Source of the DNA: Deltaproteobacteria bacterium
Lineage (GTDB): Bacteria; Desulfobacterota_D; UBA1144; Nemesobacterales; CSP1-2
DNA length: 64,000 nucleotides
Assembly (NCBI GenBank): GCA_052390235.1
Contig: JBQTHB010000003.1
Span: forward strand, 64,001 to 128,000
Reading direction: 5' to 3'
Of this stretch, positions 1-11,400 are shown in pieces (position 1 is the first letter of the stretch; each line of letters begins with the position of its first letter). Position numbers and translations under genes: made by a program. The notes under the pieces are model-generated. The model had not been told where the DNA came from and did not search any database. It saw only the letters and a list, made by a program, of their open reading frames with translations.

Positions 1-247
<247 letters not shown>

Positions 248-360
248 TTAACATAACGCGGATAGCCGTGATTGGCGTGAGAACGTGAATCCATGAGCCG
301 GGGGCGAGCCTACCCTGAAAAGATGCCCGGCAAGAGCAGGGGAGCAAAACCCCGGGGAAA

Positions 361-385
361 AGCGGCAGAGGGGCCTCTGCCCGCT
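361..385 (-). terminator. Probable intrinsic terminator after the TPR-peptidase gene
   Basis: The minus strand reads GCAGAGG-CC-CCTCTGC then CGCTTTT, immediately after the stop at 384. Confidence 0.45.
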
Positions 386-1967
386 AATTCATCAGCAAAA
401 CCCCAAGAGCCGCCCTTTGCTCCTCTTCTGCCTGCGCAAGTCCCAGTTGCCCGTAAATCGAGGCGAGCGCTAGGCGAATCTCCGGGTCAAAGGGGTTTAT
501 CGCCTCCGCCTCTTCAAAAGCGGCGCGCGCCCTGCCCAGCAGTTTTTGGCGGATATAGATTTCACCGAGATTTTTATACGTTTCCACATATTCGGGATAG
601 AATTCCGTGAGGCGGGCGAGTCTCTTAAGGGCGGCGTCAAATTCTCCCACCCCGCTCTCAGCCGATGCGAGCCGGTTCACAATTACGGGCGACAGGGGGT
701 CGAGGCGCGACGCTTTTTCATACTCATAGGCGGCGGCTTTGAGCCTTCCCCTTGCGCGCAACAAATCCCCCAATCTCGCGTGGTCTCTCGCGCGGGAGTC
801 GCCAAGGGGGGCGAGGCTCTCTCCATCACTCTTTTTGGGGGTATTTTTGCCCTCTTCGATTTCGAGTTCCGAAACCCTGAGGTTTGGTATCCGCTCCTTT
901 AAATTTCTCGATTTCAAATCCGCCGTCCACAGGGCGTAGAATCGCTGGAAATCCACGCCAGCAACCTTTTTAAACGCGGCTTTATAATCGCCCTGAGTCT
1001 TAAGGGCTTCGAGAAGGGCGGGAGTAGCCGCGCTTCCCCATCTGTTTACGAGAAATTCAATCATCCCCCCCACCTGCGCAAAGGCAAGTTGAGCCTGCTC
1101 GGTGCTGTCCAATTTGCCCAAAGAGGGGTGCATTTTCTCTATCGGCACTAACGCGCGGGCCTCAATAGCTCTGGCTAGCAGGGTCTCGTAAAAAGGGTTT
1201 ATTACGCTCCCCTCGCTCCGCCGCCAGCGTTTTTCATAGTATTTTGCAAGCCCCTCGTGAAGCCAGACCGGAACGGAATTGCCCGCTTTATGAAACACCG
1301 CGTAGTGTACGTACTCGTGGGCGAGAGTGTCCTGCCACCTGTAGCCCGCAGGAAGAAGCCTCGGCGAGAGTATCATTATCCGGTTGAATTTGCAGATGCC
1401 CACAACGCCCGTCGTGCGGATGTCTCTATCCGACAGGGTCGAGGCGGCGGTAAAGCTCTCTTTATCCGGGTATATCTCGACGGCAACCTCGCCCTCTGGA
1501 TACACCCCCAAATCCTCGCCTATCTGGGCGTAAGCCCTGTGTAGGGTGTCAGCGGCGGCGGCAACGAGAATTTTATCCTTAGGGTGGATATAGCGAACCA
1601 GAAAACGCCCGGACTTGACCCCCTTAAATTTCTCCGCGCTCCTAGAGACATTCAGAATAAAATCCACATAGGCGAGATAGTCCTCATCGTCAGTAGCGGA
1701 CGGGCGGGCTTTCTGGGCGAATTCTGCGGCGGAGCGGTAATCGCCCCTGTGAAACTCGATTTGAGATTTCAGAAAATAGGCGTACCCCTGCTCAGCGGGA
1801 TTTGCGGCAGCGCTCAGGGCCTGGTCTGCAAGAATGGACGCCGCGTTTATCTGCCAATTGTCGAGGCTCTCGGAGGCGGATTTAAGCGCAGTCCCGAATT
1901 GCGACGCAGAGGCTTCGGCGGCAACGAGGGCGAGAAAGCACAGAATCATAAGCCGCCGCCTCATCAT
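384..1967 (-). CDS. Secreted TPR protein with peptidase MA-like (gluzincin) domain
   Basis: Signal peptide; HEYVH followed by WLHEGLA; N- and C-terminal TPR-like helices. Confidence 0.8.
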   Translation of the reverse strand: MMRRRLMILCFLALVAAEASASQFGTALKSASESLDNWQINAASILADQALSAAANPAEQGYAYFLKSQIEFHRGDYRSAAEFAQKARPSATDDEDYLAYVDFILNVSRSAEKFKGVKSGRFLVRYIHPKDKILVAAAADTLHRAYAQIGEDLGVYPEGEVAVEIYPDKESFTAASTLSDRDIRTTGVVGICKFNRIMILSPRLLPAGYRWQDTLAHEYVHYAVFHKAGNSVPVWLHEGLAKYYEKRWRRSEGSVINPFYETLLARAIEARALVPIEKMHPSLGKLDSTEQAQLAFAQVGGMIEFLVNRWGSAATPALLEALKTQGDYKAAFKKVAGVDFQRFYALWTADLKSRNLKERIPNLRVSELEIEEGKNTPKKSDGESLAPLGDSRARDHARLGDLLRARGRLKAAAYEYEKASRLDPLSPVIVNRLASAESGVGEFDAALKRLARLTEFYPEYVETYKNLGEIYIRQKLLGRARAAFEEAEAINPFDPEIRLALASIYGQLGLAQAEEEQRAALGVLLMN

Positions 1968-4891
1968 TTCGCTATCCTCTCGTAGTACTTGCGGTTTAGC
2001 TCCCCGTAGCCTTCGGGCGAGCCCTCTTTGAGGGATTTGAGCACGGTTTCTTTGAATTTCTTGGCGAATTCCGACTCCCCGCCCGATGGGATTTCGACAA
2101 AGCCCGTATCAATACCCCCGCCTTCGCCTTGGGACTGCCTCCTTCCGAGCGCGCGCGGCACAGAATACGGTCTCCCGCTTGCGCTGAGCGCGAACTGGCG
2201 CATCAGTTCATTGGCCTGGTATTCGGCTTGCCTGAGGGATTCGATAGCCTCGCTCTGATTAGATATGGATTTCGATATTTCCCCGCTCCCTAGGTTCTCG
2301 CCCGCCCCTCTCATAAAGCCGATGGACTCTTCGAGCTTTGCCTGAATCTCGGAGGATGATACCTCGTCCCCCTCGGAGAGTTCCGACGCCCTGCCCCGGA
2401 TGTCATCCTGCTTCTTTGAGATGCGCCTCGCCTCGCCCGCTCCCGCGCCCGAAGCCTTTGCCTCCTCCAAACCGCGGCGGATGTCTCTGGCAAGGGCGGC
2501 GGCGGAGCGAATCCCTCTGGAATCGGATTTGTCTATATCCCTCAGGAGGGCGGACTGCTCCTGAATCTCCTTGGCGCGTTTTATTGCCTCGTCCAGTTCA
2601 TGGGCGCGAAGCCATTTTTCAAGCTCCGCGACATCGCCGAGGAGCCTGTCTATGAGAAAAGAGGTCTGCACCGACCCGCTCCCCAGGGCGTCTGCCGAGG
2701 CATCGGCGAGATTTTTTCTCAACTTCTCCACCTTTTTAGCCTCGCGGGCGGCGAAATCCGAGGGGGAATTTTTGCCGGCTGACTTTAGAATTGACTCCTT
2801 CAGCCGCTCGGTTTCCCCTTTGAGAGCCTCCTGAGAGGTTCTTAAAGAGCTGACCTTTGACATTAACCCGCCGAGATTCTCCATATCCCCTGCCAGCGAC
2901 GAGGACGCAAGCGCTCCCATCCCGCCCTCAAGCGACGCTATCATGGACTCAATACCGCTCCCCAGCTTCGAGAGCCGCGCGAGGGCTTCGTCAATCCTGC
3001 CCTCCTCGACGAGCTTCATTATCTCGCTCAAATCACCCGCCATATCTATCGCCTCAAATGCGTCCGCGTTTAAAAAGCCCTCGGCAATGTCCGAATTAAG
3101 GGAGTTCAGACCCTCGGCAAGGCGAGCCATGAGATTTTGAAGTTCTTTGATTTTATTTGCTATTTCCCGCTTCGCCTCTTCGCTCGCCCCATTTTTAAGC
3201 CTAGATAAGAGGTCGGAAAGCTCCCTGTATTTCCCCGCGGCCTCTCTAGCCCTAAGGGCGGAGTCGCGGATTTTATCCCCCTGAATCATGGAGTCGAGAA
3301 GCAGGGCGTACTGCTCAAATTCGGCCTCTTCCTGCGACAAAAGGGCGGCGAGGCTCGGAGCGTCCTGCGAGGAGGATGCCGCGTCCAATCGTCGGCGCAG
3401 AATCTGCGAAATCCTAGAATCCATGTTCGAGAGCGCGGTAAAATAGGCGTAGTCCGAAAGCTCGTCTTCACGCATCAGCCCAAGCGCAGCGGCGAGGGCG
3501 TCCTCAATTTGGCGAATCTCGGCGACGCGCCTCTGTGCGGCGGCATTTAGCGAGGCGGCATCCTGATTTTCGCGGGGGCGCTCATCAATGTTTCCGGCGA
3601 GGGCGGCGATAATCCTATCGAGAAGCTCGCGGGCGGCGGCGGATGAGCGGCTGTGTTTTTCCTGAGGGCTGGCGATGCGGATTTTCATCCAATCGGACGC
3701 GCCCATTTTTGGCCCTGAAACGGCGTCGTTGTCGTAGGCAACTACCCTCACTTCGATTATTCCGTCGGCGGAAGGCTCGACTCCAGAGACGCCCCACCTG
3801 AAACTACCTTCCACAAGCGCGCTATCTTTTTGGCTTTGATGAATGGTTTTCTCCAATTTCTCAGAGCCGCCGCTTTTAGATTCCAAAGCCAGTTTCGACA
3901 CTCCGAAATCGTCTTTCACCTCATAGAATATGTTGACAGCGTCATCAACGCCGATGTCGAGAGTCTCGCCTTCGGGAACTTGGGCGGACACCTCAGGGGG
4001 GGAATCCGCGAGCGCGTTTATCAGAAAATCCCTCGATTTGCGCCTGCCACCCTCGGATTCAATATAAAAAAACCCGTCCGCCGTTACGGTGAACTCGGCC
4101 TCGACCTCGCCCCCGCTCTGCTTTACCGGAAGAGAAACGCCGCCGATGCTGAGCCTCGCCCCAGCGCCGATGTCCCCGACGGGACGCGCCCTGAAAATTA
4201 CGCGCGCCCCCTTGAGAGCTTCCACATCGCCTGAGGATGATTCGATTTTGCGGGCGGGGAGGCTGGCATACGAGGGGTAGCTATATCCGAGCGCAATGTC
4301 GGCAAGCAGGAGCGCTGCGGGCTGAGCCGGAGGCAGGAAATTGAGACTCAGAGCGAAGCGTTGGAATTCGGCAGGGGAAATCAAAAAAGCGCCCATGGAT
4401 AAAACCGAGGCGATGGCGAGCGGTTTTAGATACGTCCCGGGGGGCTGCGCGCCGACGGCTGGGGATAAATCGAGCCGGGAGAGCCTTTGGTTTACATCCG
4501 CGACGTGCGCCTCGATGAGGGGCTTTGATGCGCCAATACTAACCCTATTTGAGAGGTCATCCCTCAGAAGAAGGGCGTTTAGAGCGTCTTGTCCGAGGGC
4601 GGGATGAATTCTACTGAGCGTAAGCGCGGCGTCCGCAAGCGTCTCTCTCCGTGTAAGCGCGGGGAGGAGAAACCTCGCAAAGGCAAACGCCGATGCTACC
4701 GCGAGAGAGATTTTTATTGCGGCGTAGTAGAAGCCATTGTCTGAAGCGAGGGCAAGAGCAGAGGCAATGGTGAAAGCGGCGAAAAGCGCCGTAAAAAACC
4801 GCGCCCCTCCCCTCTGCAGGACAAACCCCCTGCGCTCCTTAATTAATCGCTCAAGCGCCCCGGAGAGGGCGTCTCCTTCGGAATGGCTCAT
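1964..4891 (-). CDS. DUF4175-like membrane-anchored long coiled-coil protein
   Basis: About 3 N-terminal TM helices, an Ig-like middle region ([20 protein letters not shown]), a long coiled coil and a C-terminal YYERI. Overlaps the next gene by 4 bp. Confidence 0.7.
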   Translation of the reverse strand: MSHSEGDALSGALERLIKERRGFVLQRGGARFFTALFAAFTIASALALASDNGFYYAAIKISLAVASAFAFARFLLPALTRRETLADAALTLSRIHPALGQDALNALLLRDDLSNRVSIGASKPLIEAHVADVNQRLSRLDLSPAVGAQPPGTYLKPLAIASVLSMGAFLISPAEFQRFALSLNFLPPAQPAALLLADIALGYSYPSYASLPARKIESSSGDVEALKGARVIFRARPVGDIGAGARLSIGGVSLPVKQSGGEVEAEFTVTADGFFYIESEGGRRKSRDFLINALADSPPEVSAQVPEGETLDIGVDDAVNIFYEVKDDFGVSKLALESKSGGSEKLEKTIHQSQKDSALVEGSFRWGVSGVEPSADGIIEVRVVAYDNDAVSGPKMGASDWMKIRIASPQEKHSRSSAAARELLDRIIAALAGNIDERPRENQDAASLNAAAQRRVAEIRQIEDALAAALGLMREDELSDYAYFTALSNMDSRISQILRRRLDAASSSQDAPSLAALLSQEEAEFEQYALLLDSMIQGDKIRDSALRAREAAGKYRELSDLLSRLKNGASEEAKREIANKIKELQNLMARLAEGLNSLNSDIAEGFLNADAFEAIDMAGDLSEIMKLVEEGRIDEALARLSKLGSGIESMIASLEGGMGALASSSLAGDMENLGGLMSKVSSLRTSQEALKGETERLKESILKSAGKNSPSDFAAREAKKVEKLRKNLADASADALGSGSVQTSFLIDRLLGDVAELEKWLRAHELDEAIKRAKEIQEQSALLRDIDKSDSRGIRSAAALARDIRRGLEEAKASGAGAGEARRISKKQDDIRGRASELSEGDEVSSSEIQAKLEESIGFMRGAGENLGSGEISKSISNQSEAIESLRQAEYQANELMRQFALSASGRPYSVPRALGRRQSQGEGGGIDTGFVEIPSGGESEFAKKFKETVLKSLKEGSPEGYGELNRKYYERIAK

Positions 4892-5047
4892 AAATTAAAT
4901 TTACCGCAGAGGCGGCGAAAAAGAAATTACAATAGCCTCTGGAGCGCAGATATGTCCATAGGAATTTTGACCAAGCCGAGGCTCTCAATTAAATTATTAT
5001 CCCCAGGGGTTTTCGATAATTTCGTGATTCGAGGAGATTATAAATCT

Positions 5048-5629
5048 ATGAGTGAGATTCTGGACAAAGTGCTTAGGGCGAACGCCGAATACGCCGCCGG
5101 GTTGAAACGGAAGAAAGGCTCAGCGCATCAGGGATACAGATTTGCCGTGCTTACCTGCATGGACGCGCGCCTCGACCCCGTGAAATTTGCGGGGCTTGCC
5201 GAGGGCGAGGCTTACGTCATTAGAAACGCGGGGGGAAGAGCGAGCGACGATGCTATAAGGTCTCTGGTCATATCGTATAAGCTCCTAGGCACGATAGAGT
5301 GGTTCGTCATTCACCACACCGGATGCGGAATGCAAATGTTTAGCAACGACATCATGGCAGGGCTTTTGGCGAGCAGTCTCAAACCCGCAATTCGAGAGGG
5401 TCATAGCTGGAGGGATTCCGGCGAGGGCGAGGGGTCGGACTACGGCGGGAGAATTGACTGGATGACGTTTACGGACAACGAGAGGAGCGTAACCGATGAC
5501 GTGCTCAGAATCAGGAATCACCCGCTAGTGCCGGGCTACATCCCGATTTATGGATTTATCTACGACACGGAAACGGGAGCGCTCAGAGAAGTACCCGAAG
5601 CGATGCAGGCTGGGAGAATCCGCGAGTAA
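5048..5629 (+). CDS. Beta-class carbonic anhydrase
   Basis: CMDAR, IRNAGGR and HHTGCG zinc motifs. Start moved to ATG 5048, which follows a GAGGAG SD. Confidence 0.9.
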   Translation: MSEILDKVLRANAEYAAGLKRKKGSAHQGYRFAVLTCMDARLDPVKFAGLAEGEAYVIRNAGGRASDDAIRSLVISYKLLGTIEWFVIHHTGCGMQMFSNDIMAGLLASSLKPAIREGHSWRDSGEGEGSDYGGRIDWMTFTDNERSVTDDVLRIRNHPLVPGYIPIYGFIYDTETGALREVPEAMQAGRIRE

Positions 5630-5858
5630 ATCCCGCGCATAGCCGAAGGGGAATTTTAACAAATTTTCAAATTCCGGTAACCTTACTCAGGCGGGCGGAT
5701 TTAAAATATGCCGCAGTCGAGAGGCGATTTCTGACGCACATCAGCTACAGCCCCGCGCTCGAGCGGGAAATCATAGATTCCCAATACGCGCCGCCAGCGG
5801 CCGATACGCGCTTGTTGATTTCGGAGGACTCAGGGCGGAAATAGCATAGGAGAGATCC

Positions 5859-6284
5859 ATGTCATATAAGACCCTTCTCACAAAGAGGGTAGATTTTGCG
5901 GCTTCCCACAGGTACTGGAATCCCAAGTGGAGCGACGACGAGAACCAGCGCATATTCGGAAAATGCACAAGCCCCTGGGGACACGGACACAACTACGTCC
6001 TCGAAGTTACCCTCGAAGGCGAGGTTGACCCCGACACCGGCATGATAATCAACCTCTACAATCTAAAACCCATCTTGGGCGACGTGCTTCAGGATTTTGA
6101 CCACAAGTATCTGAACGAAGACAACCCCGATTTTAGAGACTTAATTCCCACGACTGAGAACATTGCTCGCGTCCTCTGGAGGGAGCTAGAAAAACGCCTC
6201 GGCGGGCAGGCGACCTATAGACTCCACAGGATACGGCTCTTTGAGACCCCAGAGCTGTTTGTTGACTACTGGAGCGAGAGATGA
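5859..6284 (+). CDS. 6-pyruvoyl-tetrahydropterin synthase, PTPS-II type, paralogue 1
   Basis: FAASHR, C-x5-HGHNY (CTSPWGHGHNY), FDHKYLN, TENIA and LFET motifs. Confidence 0.9.
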   Translation: MSYKTLLTKRVDFAASHRYWNPKWSDDENQRIFGKCTSPWGHGHNYVLEVTLEGEVDPDTGMIINLYNLKPILGDVLQDFDHKYLNEDNPDFRDLIPTTENIARVLWRELEKRLGGQATYRLHRIRLFETPELFVDYWSER

Positions 6285-6724
6285 AAGCAGAGCGCTGCGC
6301 CCTAACGAAAATTTATCATTTCTCCGCCGCCCATAGGCTCCACTGCGAAAAATTCTCGGACCACGAGAACCGTTGCATATTCGGCAAATGCAATAACCCC
6401 AAGGGACACGGACACGACTACTACGTCGAGGTGCAGGTTGGAGGGGATATTGACCCCGACTCTGGGATGATAATTAACCTCTGCGAGCTTGACGGCATTA
6501 TGAGCGGGATAATTGAAGAACTCGACCACAAGCGGCTCGACGTTGAAATCCCGTTTTTTCTAGGCGAGCGGGCTTCGGGCGAGAACATCGTAAAATACAT
6601 CTGGCAGAGGCTTGAGCCGCAGTTAAATAGAGGAAAACTCCGATGCCTCAAGCTCTGGGAGACGCCCGACAATTACTTTGAATATTTTGAGGACGGCGCC
6701 GGCTACACATCGGAGGGAATTTAA
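6281..6724 (+). CDS. 6-pyruvoyl-tetrahydropterin synthase, PTPS-II type, paralogue 2
   Basis: FSAAHRL, CNNPKGHGHDY, LDHKRL, ENIV and LWET motifs. ATGA overlap with paralogue 1. Confidence 0.9.
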   Translation: MKAERCALTKIYHFSAAHRLHCEKFSDHENRCIFGKCNNPKGHGHDYYVEVQVGGDIDPDSGMIINLCELDGIMSGIIEELDHKRLDVEIPFFLGERASGENIVKYIWQRLEPQLNRGKLRCLKLWETPDNYFEYFEDGAGYTSEGI

Positions 6725-7279
6725 GTGAGCATTGAGAACGCAGTTAAAGAGATACTCTCTCAAATCGGAGAAGACCTAAACCGCGAGGGGCTCCAGAAAA
6801 CCCCCGACAGGGTCGCGCGGATGTACAAGGAGCTCACCGCAGGCTACGGGGCATCGCCTAAGGAGATTGTGAACGGGGCTATCTTCGAGGAGCGGTACGA
6901 CGAGATGGTCATCGTGAGGGATATTGAATTCTATAGCCTCTGCGAGCATCATCTCCTCCCATTCTTCGGCAAATGCCACGTGGCTTACATTCCCAACGGC
7001 AAAATAATAGGTCTCAGTAAAATCCCCCGGATTGTCGAGGTGTTCTCGCGGAGGCTTCAGGTGCAGGAGCGGCTCACCGTGCAAATCGCAGATTTCCTAA
7101 ACGAGGTTCTCAACCCCGAAGGCGTCGGAGTCGTGGCAGAGGCTTATCACCTGTGCATGGCGATGAGAGGGGTGAAAAAAGCCGAGGCGAATATGCTCAC
7201 AAGCTCCATGCGCGGGGCGTTTAAGGACGACGACAGGACGCGCTCGGAATTCCTGAGACTAATAGGGAAGCAGAGATAA
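6725..7279 (+). CDS. folE: GTP cyclohydrolase I
   Basis: [27 protein letters not shown] and HLCMAMRGV motifs. Confidence 0.97.
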   Translation: MSIENAVKEILSQIGEDLNREGLQKTPDRVARMYKELTAGYGASPKEIVNGAIFEERYDEMVIVRDIEFYSLCEHHLLPFFGKCHVAYIPNGKIIGLSKIPRIVEVFSRRLQVQERLTVQIADFLNEVLNPEGVGVVAEAYHLCMAMRGVKKAEANMLTSSMRGAFKDDDRTRSEFLRLIGKQR

Positions 7280-7980
7280 TGCCCAAGGTCGCCGTTATAA
7301 CCGGAGCGGGAAAGGGAATCGGCAGAGAGGTCGCCATTAATTTCGCCAAAGAGGGCGTAACCGTCGCCATCTGCGCGAGAAATTACGAGAGCGTAAAATC
7401 CCTTGAGCGCGAGATTCGGCAAATGGGAGGCGGCGCGCTCGCCCTCGCCTGCGACGTAGGCGCCGATGCGGACGCCCAGCGGTTCATTGACGAAGCCGCC
7501 TCGATAACAGGCAGAATTGACGTTCTCGTGAACAACGCCGGCATCGCCCGCGTAGGCAGGGTCGGGGATTTCCCCTCCGAGGCGTGGGAGGAGGTAATAA
7601 GGACTAACCTCACGGGGGCGTTTTTCATCACCAAGCGCGCCCTCGGATTCATGAGCCGCGGAAGCCATATTTTCAATCTAGGCTCGAATGCGTCGAAAAT
7701 CGGCTTTCCCAATTGGGCGGCGTACTGCGCTTCAAAGTTCGGAATGCTCGGCTTTACAAATTCCCTCAGAGAAGAGGTCAGAGCCGAGGGCATAAAAGTT
7801 ACGGCGGTGCTTGCGGGCCCCACTGACACCCCTCTTTGGGACGACGTTGCGGGGAATTGGGACAGGGGGCAGATGATGAAGCCACAGGACATCGCCTCGA
7901 TGATAATTTCAGTATGGAAGCAACCCCCAAGCGCCCTGACCGACGAGATAAGCATCCTGCCAGCCGGCGGGTCTCTATAG
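7279..7980 (+). CDS. SDR oxidoreductase, probable sepiapterin reductase
   Basis: TGAGKGIG, NNAG and YCASK motifs. Translationally coupled to folE (TAATG). Motif pattern resembles Chlorobium sepiapterin reductase as recalled. Confidence 0.72.
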   Translation: MPKVAVITGAGKGIGREVAINFAKEGVTVAICARNYESVKSLEREIRQMGGGALALACDVGADADAQRFIDEAASITGRIDVLVNNAGIARVGRVGDFPSEAWEEVIRTNLTGAFFITKRALGFMSRGSHIFNLGSNASKIGFPNWAAYCASKFGMLGFTNSLREEVRAEGIKVTAVLAGPTDTPLWDDVAGNWDRGQMMKPQDIASMIISVWKQPPSALTDEISILPAGGSL

Positions 7981-8103
7981 GATTCAAGAGCGCGGATGCC
8001 CAATCCGGGATTCAGGTAAGCGCGCGGCGATTAGCCTTTTATGATGGGCTTGTCGAGCGGCGCGGCTGTTATGAAAGTTAGGAATCTGGAGCTTGGCTCA
8101 GCT

Positions 8104-8310
8104 CCCTTCGACGTAGTTTATGGTGAGCTTAGTCGAGCTACTCAGGGTGAAAAGAGGCGGATTCGCGCTCAGATGACCTGCGGCAATGACAGAAGTGAGG
8201 CTTGCGAGGGAATGACAACCCTCTGCGTGATTTCGCCCCTTCGCCCCCCTGTGTCATTTCGAGCGATAGCGAGAAATCTCAAATAAGACTGCTCCGTACG
8301 CTCGGAGCGG
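8104..8310. repeat. Cluster of degenerate REP-like palindromic elements
   Basis: CCCTTCGAC...CTCAGGGTGA, GGGAATGACA and GTCATTTCGAGCGATAGCGAGAAATCT (8253-8279). Similar to elements at 48.15-48.66 kb. Confidence 0.6.
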
Positions 8311-8350
8311 CGGCTGTGGCTTATCTTTCATCCCATTATCCCATGAATCA

Positions 8351-8380
8351 TTGACATAAATCCCCTCGCAGTCGTATAAT
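8351..8380 (+). promoter_or_regulatory. Sigma70 promoter
   Basis: Perfect TTGACA-N18-TATAAT upstream of the gene starting at 8426. Confidence 0.75.
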
Positions 8381-8425
8381 CAGCCTGAAGCTTTGGGAAG
8401 GTTCAAAAACGGTGGAGGATTATCC

Positions 8426-11400
8426 ATGAGGGTAGGATTTATTTTCGCGTTAGCTCTGTGCGCGCTTTTATCGGTGTTTTGGCTGAATCGAGATGAGGAC
8501 GGCAGATTGGCGGAGTCCCCCCGCGGCGAGGAGTCTCAAAAGTCCCCCCGGCTCCCCGATACCCTGACGCTCCAGCAGGCGGCGGGCGCGAGGATACCCT
8601 TCATCGAGAATCAGGGGCAGGTTGGCGGCGATATAAATTTCTATGCCGAGACCCTAGCTGGAGGCGTATTCGTGAAATCCGGCGGCGAGATAACCTACTC
8701 CATCCCCTCGGATTCGGACAGCGCATTCACCCTCAGCGAGAGACTCCTGCAAGGAAACTCCACCGCGCCAACGGGCAGAGAGGAAACCAAAGCCTCAATA
8801 AGCGAATTCATAGGGAACGACCCCTCAAAGTGGAAAACCGCTGTCCCAGCCTACGGAGAGGTGAGCTTCGGCGAGATTTACGACGGCATCGAACTGAGGC
8901 TTAAGGCTTACGGGGGGCGAGTGGAAAAGCTGTTTTATATAAAGCCGGGAGCAGACCCAAGCCAAATCAAAATTGCCGTTGAGGGGGCGAGAGTATCAGT
9001 AAATCCCAGCGGCGAGCTTGAGGCGGCGTCTGATGGAGGGGTCGCCAAGTTCTCAAAGCCCCTGGCGTATCAGGAGATTGGAGGCGAGATAAAATTCGCT
9101 GAGGCGGACTATCTAGCCGAGGGCGGCGAATATGGATTTCTCGTCAAAAACTACGACCCGTCCCAGACGCTCGTAATAGACCCGATTCTCTCGGCGACCT
9201 TTCTGGGCGGAAGCAAAAGCGACGACATATTCGCCGTTGCAACCGACCCCTCGGGCAATGTCTATGTCGCGGGGATAACACAGTCCAAAAAGCTCCCCGG
9301 TGTGAACTCCGGCTCGGCAGACTCGGTTATGGAGTCGGCTGAGGCGTTCGTCATGAAATTCGACGCGAAACTCTCGGTAGTTCTCGGAGCGACTTTCATC
9401 GGAGGAAGCGGCGTGGATGCGGCAGTGGACATAGCACTCGACAGGGCGGGAAACGTCTATCTAGGCGGCAGGACGGACTCGCCGGATTTTCCGGGAATTG
9501 ACGAAAATTCTCCTGATAGGCAGTTGTCCTCGGCAGAGGGGTTCTTGGTAAAGCTCGACTCTAAACTCACAAAAATCCTCGCGTCAACTTACATCGGGGG
9601 GAGCGGAGCAGACGGCGTCGTGGACATCGCTCTCGATAAACCGGGAAATGTCTATGCCGTCGGCTCAACCACTTCTACGGACTTTCCGGGAATATCGCGC
9701 TCCTCGCCCGACCGATTTCCGCTGAAAACCGAGGGATTCGTGATTAAACTCAGCCCAAGCCTCAGTAAAATTGTCGCGGCGACGTATCTGGGGGGAAGCG
9801 CGGAGGACGGCGCAACTGCTATTGCATTCGACCGCAATGGAAATGTCTATGTGGCGGGAAGCACGAGCTCATCGGATTTCCCCGAGGTAAATAGCAAATC
9901 TCTCGACCAAACCCTCGCCATTAGCGAGGCGTTCGTGGCAAAGCTCACGCCGAACCTAAGCAAATTGGTTGCGGCGACGTACCTGGGCGGAGTGGGCAGG
10001 GGCGCGGCTTCCGCCATTGCCGTGGATGGCAACGGCAGGGTCTATGTCGCGGGAGTTACTAATTCATCGGATTTCCCCGGCGTGGGCGCAACATCGGCGG
10101 ACTCGGTTCTTGGCGGAAACCAGGAGGGATTCATCGCCGCGATGAACTCGAACCTGACCTATCCAATATTAGCGTCAACTTTTCTCGGCGGCGAAAAGGA
10201 CGACCTCGTTTATGAAATCATCCTCGACGGCAAAGGCGGCATATACGCCGCCGGAAGGACGGGGTCGGCACAATTTCCGGCATCCCCCAAGGACGAACCA
10301 CGCCCACAGGTTTTCTTCGCAGATGCCTTTATCTCGAAACTCAACTCGGATTTAAGCTCGGTTCTATCTTCCACATTTATTCCCGCAGGGGGGCTGGTAA
10401 ACCTCCAAAGCGGCATCTCGGCTGCCATTTCGGGCAGAGGAGATATTTACATCGCAGGCGTTACGGGTGTTTCAGAGTTTAAAACTCAGGATAGTTTTTT
10501 TGCGAGCGAGGCAGTCGGGGGCGGAAACGACGGATTTATAGCGCAGATTGGTCCCGCCGCGGAGAAGAAGCTCTTGGAGGTCGCGCGCAAATCCGAGCCT
10601 GCCGAGAAGACCCCACCCCCTGCGCCAATAAGCGCCCCTGAGCCTGCATCCGAACCCGCGCCTGGGGAGATAGCCAAAGCGACCCCCGCGCCGCCGGCTG
10701 TGGAGATTTCTCAAGCCCCGCGTACGGCTCAAACTATAACCCCCGCGCCGCAGATTAAGACCGAGGCTATAGCTACACCCTCGCCGCAGATAAATACCAT
10801 GGAGACCCCTGCTCCGATAACTAAGGAAAAGACCTTTTACGAATTCGGATATACGGCAAAAATCACCTGTGGAATTCAGGGCGATACAAATAACATAAAC
10901 CTCGCGCGGGGATTTTATGGGGCATCTGTCGCGGTCTATAATCCCAATCCCTCTGAGGCGAAGGTATCGAAGAAGCTCGTTTTTACGCATCCACAGAGCC
11001 GCGCCGCCGCCCTCGGCGAAATCTCGCTAAAACCGGGCGCGGCGGTAACGCTCGACTGCTCCGAGATACGGGACAAATTATTCGGCGGGAAATTCCCGAA
11101 GCCCTACCACATTGACGCGCTCGCAGTTATCGAGAGCGATGGGAGCTTGGACGTTGAGGCGACTTACACGGCGGCGGCGCTCGATTTTCAGGGACTTCCC
11201 AAGGGCGTAGGGGCAATCGAAGTGAGGCGGATTCAGGAGCGCAGAAGAGAATTACCGAGCAGAGCGGCGGCAAAATCCCCTCTGCCGGATTTAATACTCC
11301 TTCCGGGCGTGGACGGGTCGTTCTGCCATCGGGACGGCAACAGATTAACCGTTACGGTAAAAAATCAGGGAGCGTATGAGGCGGCGGCATCCAAAACCAA

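Noticed and set aside
258..383. GC-rich structured spacer considered as 6S or SRP RNA
   Set aside because: Too short for 6S and lacks the SRP core motif. A terminator plus the rsmA promoter region explains it.
4883..5047. N-terminal extension of the carbonic anhydrase ORF
   Set aside because: It crosses a divergent promoter region, and a good SD precedes ATG 5048.
5630..5858. Possible pterin, preQ1 or THF riboswitch before the PTPS operon
   Set aside because: No recognisable consensus by eye. An Rfam scan would be needed.
5859..6724. Annotation as queuosine queD
   Set aside because: The motif is C-x5-HGH rather than C-x3-HGH, and no queC or queE is nearby.
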